DNA from: Octopus vulgaris | Lineage: Eukaryota | DNA length: 64,000 nt | Direction: 5' to 3' | Assembly: GCA_951406725.2 (NCBI GenBank) | Contig: OX597814.1 | Span: 112,902,001 to 112,966,000, forward strand | Part shown: one piece after another, positions 26,136 to 37,821 of the stretch | How positions within the stretch are numbered: position 1 is the first letter of the stretch | Layout: each line of letters begins with the position of its first letter | Translations under genes and position numbers: made by a program | Notes under the pieces: generated by a model | Databases searched by the model: none | What the model was told of the DNA's origin: nothing | The model's input: only the letters and a program-made list of their open reading frames with translations

Positions 26136-28002
26136 CATTGTTGTTTGACGTCTGTTTTCCATGCTGGCACGGGTTGGATGGTTTGATTAAGAACTGGCAG
26201 GCTGGGAAGCTGCACCAGGCTCCAATCTGATTTGGCAAGGTTTCTACAGCTGGATGCCCTTCCTAACGCCAACCACTCTTAGAGTATAGTGGATGTTTTT
26301 TTATGTGTTACCAGCATTGGAACCAGTCAGGTGGCATTAGCATTGATCACGACTGAATGGTGCTTTTTACGAGCCAGTCAGGCAGCACTGGCACTCACAC
26401 ACACGCACATATATATTCATGGTGTGTCTGCAACAGAAATATTAGCTAACAACAAAGGTATCAAATAGATTTTCTATAGTACACACATATATGGTACATC
26501 CTAATATATTCAAAGACATCCTTTGGATATCATCAAACAACACAGCTCATCCGATGACAGGCAAAATGAAAAGGTTGGCACTTAAAAAGCACCATTTGAG
26601 CCTTCCTACACGCCTTCCTAAAACCACTACACGCCTTCCTAAAACCAATTGTCCAACCCATGCTAGAATGGAAAGCAGACGTTAAACGATGATGATGATG
26701 ATGATGAATATTCTGCCCCCACCCCATGCCAGTGGCACCCCATGCCTCGGAGAGTCTTGCTTGAAACTTCACCATGTGGCACCCCATGCCTCGGAGAGTC
26801 TTGCTTGAAACTTCACCATGTGAGTCTCCAGTTGTTTTATTATAATTCACAAGATTTCTGGCAAGGGTATTTTATACCAAAATATCATTTTCATCATCAT
26901 CATCATCGTTTAATGTCCGTTTTCCGTGCTAGTACGGGATGAACAGTTCAGCCGGGGTCTGGGAAGCCAGGAGGCTGCACCAGGCTCCAGTCTGATCTGG
27001 CAATGTTTCTACAGCTATATGCCCTTCCTAACACCAACCACTCCAAGAGTGCAGTGGATGGTTTTTCCATGCCACCGGCACAGGTGCCAGGGGAGGCTGG
27101 TATCGGCCATGTTTGGATGGTGCTTTTTACATACCACCAGCACATATGTGCCACCGGCTTTGTGAATGATAATTTGTGTACAATGAATTGTTTGTTTTAA
27201 AAAATAATGCACCAAATGAGTTTCTATTATCTTATTTAGTATTTTTTAACATTTGTAATTTCCTTAAAGCATTGCAGTGTGTAAATGATAAAAGTACCTT
27301 TAAGCTGTGCAGAAGAGAAGTTAAGCGAAATATGTAAAGTGATTCCAATAAATAAAGACAAAGACAAGATATTGTATCACTCTACATAAGTTGTTTAATG
27401 CTTCTGTTATATTTCAGGAAATCTTCCCTTTATCCAAGAGTTTAGAGAAAAAATATTATAGTGTTACTATCAACAGGCTATTCTGGTATGTTGTGGCCTG
27501 TCTATAATAATAATAATCATCATCATTGTTTAATGTCCGCTTTCCATGCCCAGCATGGGTTGGACAACTTTGACTGAGGGCTGGCAAACCAGAAGGCTGC
27601 ACCAGGCTCCAATCTTGATTTGGCAGAGTTTCTACAGTTGGATGCCCTTCCTAATGCCAACTACTCCAAGAGTGTAGTGTCTGTCTATAATAATGTTTTG
27701 CAAAATTCTTGGATTATTTTCTTTCTTATATTTGATAAGGGAGATCTTTCCCGAAATATTATAGATACATTAAACAACTTGTGTAAAACAATACAATATC
27801 ATATCTTTGTTTTCATTTATTGGTATCACGTTACGTATTTTGTCCAACTACTCACCTGCATTGCTTAAAGCTCTTCTTTAAAATTTCGTTAACAGTTATC
27901 CTAACAATCTGTTGAACCTGTTGTTCCTTTTCTTTACTCCAAACATCTTATTAAATGCAATGTTAGCCAACAATTACTGAATCTCAATATTGTTTTCTCC
28001 AG

Positions 28003-28159
28003 CTGCCTTATTGAAGATTTCTTACAATCAGCAACAAACGATAATGAAAATGGCGTGCCTCCACTACAATTTGAACAGCTGCCTTTCAAACACCCATTGT
28101 TCATTATGTACTCTTCAGGAACCACTGGGCCTCCAAAATGTATTGTGCATTCTGCTGGG
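28003..28159 (+). CDS. AACS: AACS exon with AMP-binding P-loop (..[32 protein letters not shown])
   Basis: ccag acceptor, gtaag donor; SSGTTGxPK signature of adenylate-forming enzymes. Confidence 0.97.
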
Positions 28160-28939
28160 GTAAGCTAAACTTTATCAAATATTCCAATAACCAGCTTCAA
28201 TCCTTTAGCATTCAAATTAGTCTGTCAGATGTAATTCTTGTTTTATCATTTTGTTTTGAATTAATCCCACACTATCTCATAACTTCAAGATTTCAATGCT
28301 GTGATTGTATATTTCTAGAATAACATTATAGGGTAGGTGTAAGAGGCTGGATCTGGCCAGTTTGAACCTGAAGCAGGTAGAATATTTGGACCTGATATGA
28401 CCAGTTAAGCTACTAAAAGACTAAGGGTTGGATCCAAGAGAGATTACCATTTTGTTCCACAGAAATTTACAATTCAAAATAGACTCAGAAAATGTTTTTT
28501 TATCATTATCCTCCTCATCATCATCATTTAACATCCGTTTTCCATGCTGGCATGGGTTGGACGGTTTTACTGAAAACTGGTAAGCCAGGGACAAGTTTCC
28601 AATCAGATTTGGCAAGGTTTGTATGCCTGGATGCCATTCCTAATGCCAACCATTTCAAGAGTGTAGTGGGCATTTTTCACATGCCACATTGGTACAGATG
28701 CCAATGACCTGACACCAGCATTGGCCATGACTACAGTCTCACTTGGGTTGACAGGTCAACACAAGCACGGTATATTGCCAAAGGTCTCAGTCAGCTGTCA
28801 CTGCCTCCATGAGGCCCTAAGCTCAAACAGTCCATTTTATGTACCACTGGCATTTTATGTAGCACTGGCATTGGTCACAACTACAATTTCATTGGTTCAA
28901 CAGGTCTCTTTTACTCTTTTACTTGTTTCAGTCATTTTC

Positions 28940-29575
28940 AGTGACTCCATCTTGCTCTTTGTAGACCGTGATTTCCACAGTTCCCAGTGGATCATTCCTG
29001 CCACATTGTCATGGGATCTTTTGTATTCGCATTGTGCCAATTTCGGGCATTCACTAACAATGTGCCATACCATTTCACCCCTCTCACCTTCACTTCACTA
29101 CAGAGCGCAGCTCTGTGTGCCTTGGGTATGTGCTGTGATTTGTTGTGGTACTCTGATGGTTACTGTATTGAAAGTGTTTTGCATAGGATGTGTGCAGTGC
29201 CTAGTAATGCAATTTTCTATATGTTATATGTGTTTGTAAGTCCTGGTGTTTTTCTTATGTATTTGTCTGAATATTTTTTATCACACCTAATGCGCCTACT
29301 ATGATAGGAATTGTTTCTGTTTTTACATTCCACATTCTAGTTCCCTCTATTTCCAGGTCTTTGTATTTTGAAAGTTTCTCCATTTCTTTTAGAGACATGT
29401 TGTCATCTGCTGGTATTGATACATCATTTAGAAAGCATTTTTTCCCTTCATGATCTCTGACAACTATATCTGGCCTATTGACCTTAATTTCTCTATCTGT
29501 GTGTATTGGCATATCCCAGAGTATGGTTGCTTTCTCGTTTTCTGTGACCTTTTCTTGTGTGTGCCTATACCATAT
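28940..29575 (-). mobile_element. R4/Dong-like (REL endonuclease) non-LTR retrotransposon 3' fragment
   Basis: 'HTDREIKVNRPDIVV...DVSIP.D.N...KE.EK.SKYKDL...IPIIVGALG' is an REL endonuclease PD..D..K motif; abuts (TTA)n. Confidence 0.85.
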
Positions 29576-29633
29576 TATTATTATTATTATTATTTATTTG
29601 TAACTGTTTGAAGCCATGTCTGTTTTATTTTAG

Positions 29634-29714
29634 GGAACACTGTTGAAACATTTGGAAGAACACTGCCTTCAAAGTAACATGACCCAAGATGACATCATGT
29701 TCTACTATACAACA
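29634..29714 (+). CDS. AACS: AACS exon (GTLLKHLEEHCLQSNMTQDDIMFYYTT)
   Basis: tttag acceptor, gtaagt donor, 81 nt, phases 0/0. Confidence 0.95.
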
Positions 29715-30319
29715 GTAAGTAGCCTCACCTCTCCGCTCAGTTTACTAATGCCTGGTTTCTTTGTGTGTGTGTGTGTGTTTATTGTTTATATTCAAGATAT
29801 GTCCTTGGTGTGAATGATTTTAAACTGGAACCAGTAGTGGGGACCCTGGGACAGGAATTCCAAGATTTTGCAGAATGTAGAACCACCTCTTGACCATTAT
29901 TGATTCCAGGTCTACTCTGATTTGGATTAGTAATACTTCTTATGGGTCCCAGCTATGGGTTAATTAGCATATTAGGGCTTGCCTACCTATGCATGTGAAG
30001 ACTGGTCCCTGTGAACTCTGCACAAGAAACCTTCATGGTTCAATGGATAGGAAGGTGTTTGCAGCAATGCATTGTAGGATGCAGAGATCTAGATACTCTT
30101 TACTCTCTCTTTTACTTGTTTCAGTCATTTGACTGTGTCCATGCTGTAACACCGCCTTTAGTCGAACAAATCGACCCCAGGACTTATTCTTCATAAGCCT
30201 AGTACTTACTCTATCGGTCTCTTTTGCCGAACTGCTAAGTTACGAGGACGTAAAAGAACCAGCATCAGTTGTCAAGCAATGTTAGGGGAACAAATGCAAA
30301 CACAGACATATACACACAC

Positions 30320-30371
<52 letters not shown>

Positions 30372-30804
30372 GGCTTCTTTCAGTTTCCATCTACCAAATC
30401 CACTCACAAGGTTTTGGTCAGCCCGAGACTATAGTAGAGGACACTTGTCCAGGGTGCCACACAGTGGGACTGAAGCCGGAACCATGTGGTTGGTAAGCAA
30501 ACTACATGGCAAAAGTAAAACATCTTGGTCATCCACTGCGGTCACCTCTGTCCTCAGTCATCTTGACCTGGTCTTGCAACTGGATTGAAGATGGTCACAG
30601 ATAAGGGAGTATGACTGACAGTTGATGGGAAAGAAGACTGCAACTTTTCTTCACTTTAAACAGTCACTGCATAAGTCATCAGTCATCCTGATTGATGACT
30701 AAATGCTCCTTGTCACCACGACAGATGAACACTTGTGTGATATTCAGTTTATATCTATAGATTTCTTCTTGATCGTTTCCTTATCTTTCTTCCTTGTTCT
30801 TTAG

Positions 30805-30929
30805 GCTGGTTGGATGATGTGGAATTGGTTGGTTTCTACTCTGGCATTAGGTTCTGCAATTGTTCTCTATGATGGTTCTCCGCTGATGCCACATCCAAAT
30901 GTATTGTGGGACTTAATTGATAATATCGG
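30805..30929 (+). CDS. AACS: AACS exon ([42 protein letters not shown])
   Basis: ttag acceptor, gtaagt donor; GWMMWNW motif typical of AACS. Confidence 0.97.
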
Positions 30930-32350
30930 GTAAGTTTCAGAAATTAATCACATCTGTCACTCAGGTAAATAGTTTATCTTTTGATCCTTCATCATCATCA
31001 CCATCATTATCGTCATCGGAAATTGTAGTTAAGATACCCATGCCAGTGACACGTTAAAAGCACCATCCGAAAAGTGGCAGTTGCCAGCGCCGCCTGACTG
31101 GCGTCTGTGTCGGTGACACGTAAAAGCACCAACTGATCGTGGCCGTTTGCCAGCCTCATTCAGCCCCTGTGCCGGTGGCATGTAAAAAACACCCACTACA
31201 CTCTCGGAGTGGTTGACGTTAGGAAGGGCATCCAGCTGTAGAAACACTGCCAAATCAGACTGGAGCCTGGTGCAGCCTCCTGGCTTCCCAGACCCCGGTC
31301 AAACCGTCCAACCCATGCTAGCATGGAAAACGGATGTTAAACGATGATGATGATGACTGTCGTTATCATCACCATCATCATCACCATCATTATTGTCATC
31401 ATCAACACCATTTTCATCTGCCTGAGCCTGTGATCACCTTTTACGCCTGTGATCAAATGACAGTAGTTGCTTGCCGGAAAGAAATGCTGTGTGTGGTCTG
31501 CTATGTCTTTCTCACAGTACACCATAGCTAATTCTGGGAGAGAGAAATCAGCTGTAGTACTTAAATGGTACTTCATTTTATTGGTCCCAGAAGGATCAGA
31601 AGTAAAGTTGGTGGGATTTGAACTCACAACACAAAAAGCCAGAACAAATACTGCAAAGCATTTTATCTGACATTAATAATCCACTGCTACATTTCAACCT
31701 GATGAAACCTCCAAGCAGAAGGGCACCCAGAGGTTATAACCTGGATGAGGCCCAGCCCCCTTAGGATGTAAAGAAGTTAAGGGCTGAAACACTTTCCTGG
31801 AGTGATGTCTTTAACTGGAGCATATTCTTTTCTACTCTAGGCACAAGGCCCGAGATTTTTGAGGAGGAGGGGCAGTCGATTAGATCAACCCCAGTACACA
31901 ACTGGTACTTAATTTATCGACCCCGAAAGGATGAAAGGGAAAGTTGACCTTGGCGGAATTAGAACTCAGAACGTAAAGACAGACAAAATACCACTAAGCA
32001 TTTTCCCCAGCATGCTAATGTTTCTGCCAGCTCGCCACCTATAGTTTGATAGGATCTGGCAAACCAGAGAGCTGCACCAGGGTCCAATTGTCTGTTTTGG
32101 CAAAGTTTCTACAAATTGAGGCCTTTCCTAGTGCCGACCAGTTTACAGAGGGAATTCCTGATGATAGCTTTTGACTGTTGGTCAAAACTGTGACCTGGCT
32201 ATGTAATAGACCAACTCTGTTGTACAATAGATGTTGGTTTTATTGTTACCAAAAAAAAAAAATTTAGCCAGTTTGAATAAACTGCTCCAATGTAAAACAT
32301 TTAAATGTTTTTAGTTTTTTCTAGTTAATATGTAGATATACATATTTATA

Positions 32351-32748
32351 GGCGCAGGAGTGGCTGTGTGGTAAGTAGCTTGTCTACCAACCACATGGTT
32401 CCGGGTTCAGTCCCACTGCGTGGCACCCTGGGCAAGTGTCTTCTACTATAGCCTCGGGCCGACCAAAGCCTTGTGAGTGGATTTGGTAGACGGAAACTGA
32501 AAGAAGCCCGTCGTATATATGTATATATATATATGCGTGTGTGTGTTTGTCCCCTAGCATTGCTTGACAACCGATGCTGGTGTGTTTATGTCCCCGTTAC
32601 TTAGCGGTTCGGCAAAAGAGACCGATAGAATAAGTACTGGGCTTACAAAAGAATAAGTCCCGGGGTCAAGTTGTCGATTAAAAGGCGGTGCTCCAGCATG
32701 GCCACAGTCAAATGACTGAAACAAGTAAAAGAGTAAAAAGAGTAAGAG
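32351..32748 (+). mobile_element. tRNA-derived SINE family A with internal TA/TG microsatellite (other copies ~5021-5419, 14450-14690, 15155-15907, 25465-25885, 30097-30505, 37415-37795, 55485-55870)
   Basis: A box tggctgtgtggt, B box ggttcagtccc, CORE-like ccttgggcaagt, tail (gagtaaaa)n; many near-identical copies. Confidence 0.85.
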
Positions 32749-32778
32749 TATAATAACTACACTTTTTTTCCTTTTCAG

Positions 32779-32843
32779 TATCACCATCTTTGGCACTGGT
32801 GCAAAATGGCTGTCTTTGATAGAAGAAAAAGGTTTAAAACCAG
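32779..32843 (+). CDS. AACS: AACS exon (ITIFGTGAKWLSLIEEKGLKP)
   Basis: ttcag acceptor, gtaag donor, phases 2/1. Confidence 0.94.
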
Positions 32844-34035
32844 GTAAGAACACTTAAGTGCAATCGAAATAAGGATAATAAAATCTTGGATGGGTGATTT
32901 GATTAATCATCATCATCATCATCGTTTAATTTTCTTTGGAAGAAGTTATTTTCGGATCATTTTCTGTTGTTTTGTTTTGGTTTTTTTTTGTAACATTTAC
33001 AATTTTATATTATTTTGAGAAGTTTATTAAGAAGATTTTTCAAGATTTTTACTCTTTTAAATATTAGTCAGAAGAGAAGGGACAATGGCCATGGCTTATG
33101 AAGGACATCCTGGAATGGTGAAATTAATCTGGCGGACACCCAGCCTGAAAACACTTGCAGGGAAAAAAAAAATATGGGTGGAGAGGAAAGCAAATGCTTA
33201 CAACTGAAAAGCACCCTAAACAAGCTGAGGGTGTTAACTGGGTAGCGTGTTAGGCTAGACAGAAAACTACTGACATAGTTATGAAAATAACACATTTGGT
33301 AACCTACTTTACTAACAAGTGATGTTATGTTATGTGACAGCAAGGCTGTGTAACATGAGTAGGCCCAGACTAACTATTAAACAATATAAGCTTAAGGTAC
33401 CATGGGAGTAGGGGGTACCCTAGAGATTTTTTCCTGTATCAGATTTTCTATAATGCAGAGAAACAGGGGTTGGGGGGGTAGTTTGAAATGTGCTGAAAAT
33501 TTGCATTTTTCCTGTGATCCTAGTTATGATTTTATTATTCTATTATGGGTTTCAGCCAGAGGTTGTGGCCATGCTGGAACACTACCGTTAAAGTAAATAA
33601 TCTATTTATATTGTTTACTGTTGTTTAGAGTTAATTAAATCCAATTAATAAACAGGTTGTATTAAATGTACTGTATTTGCACATGTATAAGTTGCACTGT
33701 AAAAGTTTGCTTCCTAACCACGTGGTTCCTGGTTCAGTTCCACTGTGTGGCACTGTTGGCAAGTGTCTTCTTTAATAGACCTGGGTCAATCAGAGCCTGG
33801 TATGTGTGTGTGTGTAATGACCAAATTATCTCAGAGCAACTGGAAATGAAGTGCTTTTCTCAAGAACACAACACAAGGCCTGATCTGAGAATTGAACCCA
33901 CAAACTTGCAATCATGAGTTCAACACCCTAACCACTAAGCCCTGTGCCTTCATACAAGCACACACACATACATGCACACAGATGTGCGCACATACACACA
34001 CACACACACACAATCATCATCATCATCATTATTTT

Positions 34036-34532
34036 CATTATTTACATTTGACAGATATTTGTCCTCAACTTGTTTGTTGTTAACACAACGTTTCGGCTGA
34101 TATATTCTCTAGTCTTTATCAAGTGTCTTGGGGAAATTTTGAACCTGGGTTTTCATTCCTAAGGTATTTTTTGAGGTTATTATTATTATTATTATTATTA
34201 TTTGGGGTTAGTAACCCGTGCTCTTAACCACTAAACCATATGCCCACAGGTATATGGTGTAGTGGTTAAGAGCACAGACTACTAACCCCAAGATTCCGAG
34301 TTCAATTCCAGGCAGTGACCTGAATAATAATAATAATCATAATCATAACATCGAAAAATACCTTAGGAATGAGAACCCAGGTTCGAAATTTCCCCAAGAC
34401 ACCTGATGAAGGCTGGAGGGTATATCAGCCGAAACGTTGTGTTAACAACAAACCAGATGAGGACAAATATCCATCAAATGTAAATGATGTAAATAATGTA
34501 CATAATTCCTCATCTCCTAAATATAGAACTGT
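34036..34532. mobile_element. tRNA-headed hammerhead-bearing Penelope-like non-autonomous element, inverted pair
   Basis: Inverted copy plus forward copy: A/B-box head (~34248-34322), (TAA)n, HHR at 34398-34443 (gacac CTGATGA a ggctg..cagcc GAAA cgtt gtgtt), unique ~32-nt tail. Confidence 0.75.
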
Positions 34533-35135
34533 ATCATCATCATCATCTTTTAATGTCCATTTTCCAAACTGGCATGGATTGAATGGTTTGACCGCAGTTG
34601 GCTGGCTGGAGAACTGCACCAGGTGCTAATCATCTGTTCTGGCATGGTTTCTGTGTCTGGATGCCCTTCCTAAAGCCCACCACTTTACAGAGTGGATTTG
34701 GTGCTCTTTAGGTAGAACTAACACAGGTGCTTTTTGCAAGGTGCCAGTATGAGAGCCTTTTACATGGTGCCAACATGGGTGCTTTTTACATGGCACAGCC
34801 ACGCCTGCGTCTATGTTAAAAAAAAAATCAAGTCTCATACAATTGCTGAGAGACCCTAATCTTTATTAAAACATTTCCTTAGAAGGAAAACACTGAAGTA
34901 ACCCCTGTGACTTTGCATCCGATGATGCAGACCGGGTCTTCTTTTGGGGCAAATGTATACATTATTCAGAGAGTGGGGTTGGCCTTGTACAAGGCCCTTC
35001 ATCACTTTAAAAAGTTTCAGACAGTCAGACAGATGGGTGCATTTATTATGTGTTGATAATTTTTAATGCATCTGATTCATGTAAATAATGAAATGTATTG
35101 TTTTAATATGAAATTTGTATTTTTTTATATTCTAG

Positions 35136-35258
35136 CTGAAACACACAACCTGAAAACCCTCCGAATGATTCTGTCAACAGGTTCCCCATTAAAACCCCAA
35201 AGTTATGATTATGTTTACAGTCACATTAAGAACAATATTCTTCTGGGATCAATATCTG
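35136..35258 (+). CDS. AACS: AACS exon ([42 protein letters not shown])
   Basis: ctag acceptor, gtaag donor; ILSTGSPL motif. Confidence 0.96.
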
Positions 35259-37214
35259 GTAAGCTATTGTTTTGTCTTTTACTCGCTTCGGTCTCTAGAC
35301 CGTGGCCATGCTGTGGCATAGCCTTGAAGAATCTTTAGACAAGTGAATCAACACCTCTTTAATTTCCCTGACTCATCATCATCATTGTTTAACATCTGCT
35401 TTCCATACTGGCATGGGTTGGACAGTTTGACTGAGGACTGGCAAGCCAGGAGGCTGCACCAGGCTTTAATCTGATCTGGCATGGTTTCTACAGCTGGATG
35501 CCTTTCCTAACGCCAACCATTCCAAGAGTGTAATGGGTGCTTTTTACATGCTACCGGCAATGGAGCCAGTCAGGCAGCACTGGCATTGGTCACGCTAGAA
35601 TGGTGCTTTTTATATGCCATCATCACCAGGGCCAGTCAGACGGTACTGGCGTCAACCATGCTAGAATGGTGCTTTTTATGTGCTACTGGCATGGGAGCCA
35701 GTCGGGTGGTACTGACATCAGTCACGCTTGAACGGTGCTTTTTATGTGTTACTGGCACAGGAGCTAGTCAAGCGGCACTGGCATCAACTACACTAGAACG
35801 GTGCTTTTTATGTGCCACTGGCACGGGAGACAGTCAGGTGGCACTGGCATTGACCATGCCTGTCCATCATTAATCTTGGTCTATAATCCATACTTCGATT
35901 TTGTATTTAGTTTGCGAGATTCTTGATGTGAATTCGTGTTTTGAAACAAATTTTGTTGCGTCTTGCAGTGGGAGGATCATTATGCCAATAATAAACACTT
36001 CTTTATTGTTAGTCAATTGGTTAAATGTCCATATTGTATGTTTTTTCTTTCCTTGCACTACTTTGGTTCTGCAATTCCTGATTTTAATGCTTACCATTTG
36101 ATTAGAACTTTATATATTATAGAAATAAAGAGATCTCAAAGTAATTAGCAATTTAAATCAATTCAATCGTTAAAACACACAAGTATCTCAGATAAACTTA
36201 ATTATACCGGTAAATATTAAGTTATTGAAGCTTGTTTACAGTTGTTTTTATCCAGAGTTGCCTCCCTTACATCCTCCACATCATAAATAAACGATCGTGG
36301 CACTACGTCGGTTACGACGACGAGGGTTCCAGTTGATCCGATCAACGGAACAGCCTGCTCGCGAAATTAACGTGCAAGTGGCTGAGCACTCCACAGACAC
36401 GTGTACCCTTAACGTAGTTCTCGGGGAGATTCAGCGTGACACAGAGTGTGACAAGGCTGGCCCTTTGAAATACGGATACAACAGAAACAGGAAGAAAGAG
36501 TGAGAGAAAGGTGTGGTGGAAGTGTACAGTAGGGTTCGCCATCACCCCTGACGAAGCCTCGTGGAGCTTTAGGTGTTTTCGTTCAATAAACACTCACAAG
36601 GCCCAATCTGGGAATCGAAACCGCGAGTTCCGCTACCCTAACCACTGGGCCTTTGTGCCTCCACAGAGGAAGTATATATGGTTGTCGTCGGCAGCACACA
36701 TTTCTAGCTTTGTTGTTCAATTTTTTAATGCTCCATACCATTTAATTTTTACTTGTTTTGGTCTTTGTCCTCATCTTGTTTGTTGTTAACATGTTTCGGC
36801 TGATATACCCTCCAGCCTTCATCAGGTGTCTTGGGGGAATCGAACCTGGGTTCTCATTCTTAAGAGGTATTTTTCGATGTTATTATTATTATTATATGCC
36901 CATAGCCAATAGGCATATGGCTTAGTGGTAAAGAGCACAGGCTACTAACCCCAAGATTCTGAGTTCGATTCCAGGCAGTGATTTGAATAATAATAGCACC
37001 CACTACACTCTCGGAGTAGTTGGCATTAGGAAAGGCATCCAGCTGTTGAAACTTTGCTAGATCAGATTGGAGTCTGGTGCCGCCTCCTGGCTTGCCAGTC
37101 CCCACTCAAACCGTCCAACCCATGCCAGCATGGAAAGCAGACATTAATTGATGATGATGATGATGAATCCTGATTTATATTATATTATCATTTGATCATG
37201 GTTTTATTTTTCAG

Positions 37215-37328
37215 GTGGCACTGATATAATTGCATGTTTTATGGGACAAAACTGGACAATTCCTGTCTACAGAGGAGAAATACAGTCTTTTGCTCTTGGT
37301 TGTGCCATGGAAAGTTGGGACGAAAATG
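37215..37328 (+). CDS. AACS: AACS exon ([37 protein letters not shown])
   Basis: tcag acceptor, gtaaa donor; SISGGTDI and PVYRGEIQ motifs. Confidence 0.96.
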
Positions 37329-37821
37329 GTAAATTCTGCTTCTTCTCTCTCTCTCTCTCCCTCTCTCTCTCTCTCTCTCATGTTACATATACACCCAAAG
37401 ACACATATTTTTATGCAGAAGCATAGCTGTGTGGTAAAAAGCTTCCTTCCCAACCACACGGCTCCGGGTTCAGTACTACTGCGTGTCACCTTAGGCAAGT
37501 ATCTTCTACTATAGACTTGAGCTGACCAAAGCCTTGTGGGTGGATTTGGTAGACGGAAACTGAAAGAAGCCCATCATATATACCTATATGTATATGTTTG
37601 TGTGTCTGTATTTGTCCCTCCACCATCCCTTGACAACCAGTGTTGGTGTGTTTACATCCCTGTAACTTAGCTGTTCAGTAAAAGAGACTGATAGAATAAG
37701 TACTAGGCTTACAAAGAATAAGTCCTGGGATCGATTTGTTTAACTAAAGGCAGTGCTCCAGCATGGCCACAATCAAATGACTGAAACAAATAAATGAGAA
37801 TGAGTAATCATTCTGTGTCTA

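Noticed and set aside
25608-26230. IY-repeat ORFs
   Set aside because: (TA)n/(CAT)n microsatellite inside SINE sequence
26732-26822. ~45-bp direct duplication (gtggcaccccatgcctcggagagtcttgcttgaaacttcaccat)
   Set aside because: Simple local duplication; no recognisable RNA motif or further copies
34248-34322. Functional tRNA gene
   Set aside because: Acceptor and T stems are imperfect and the sequence is always attached to the repeat body; this and the other tRNA-like heads are treated as SINE heads
36548-36575. ctgacgaagc..gct as a hammerhead
   Set aside because: No GAAA or stem III; a variant of the SINE B body
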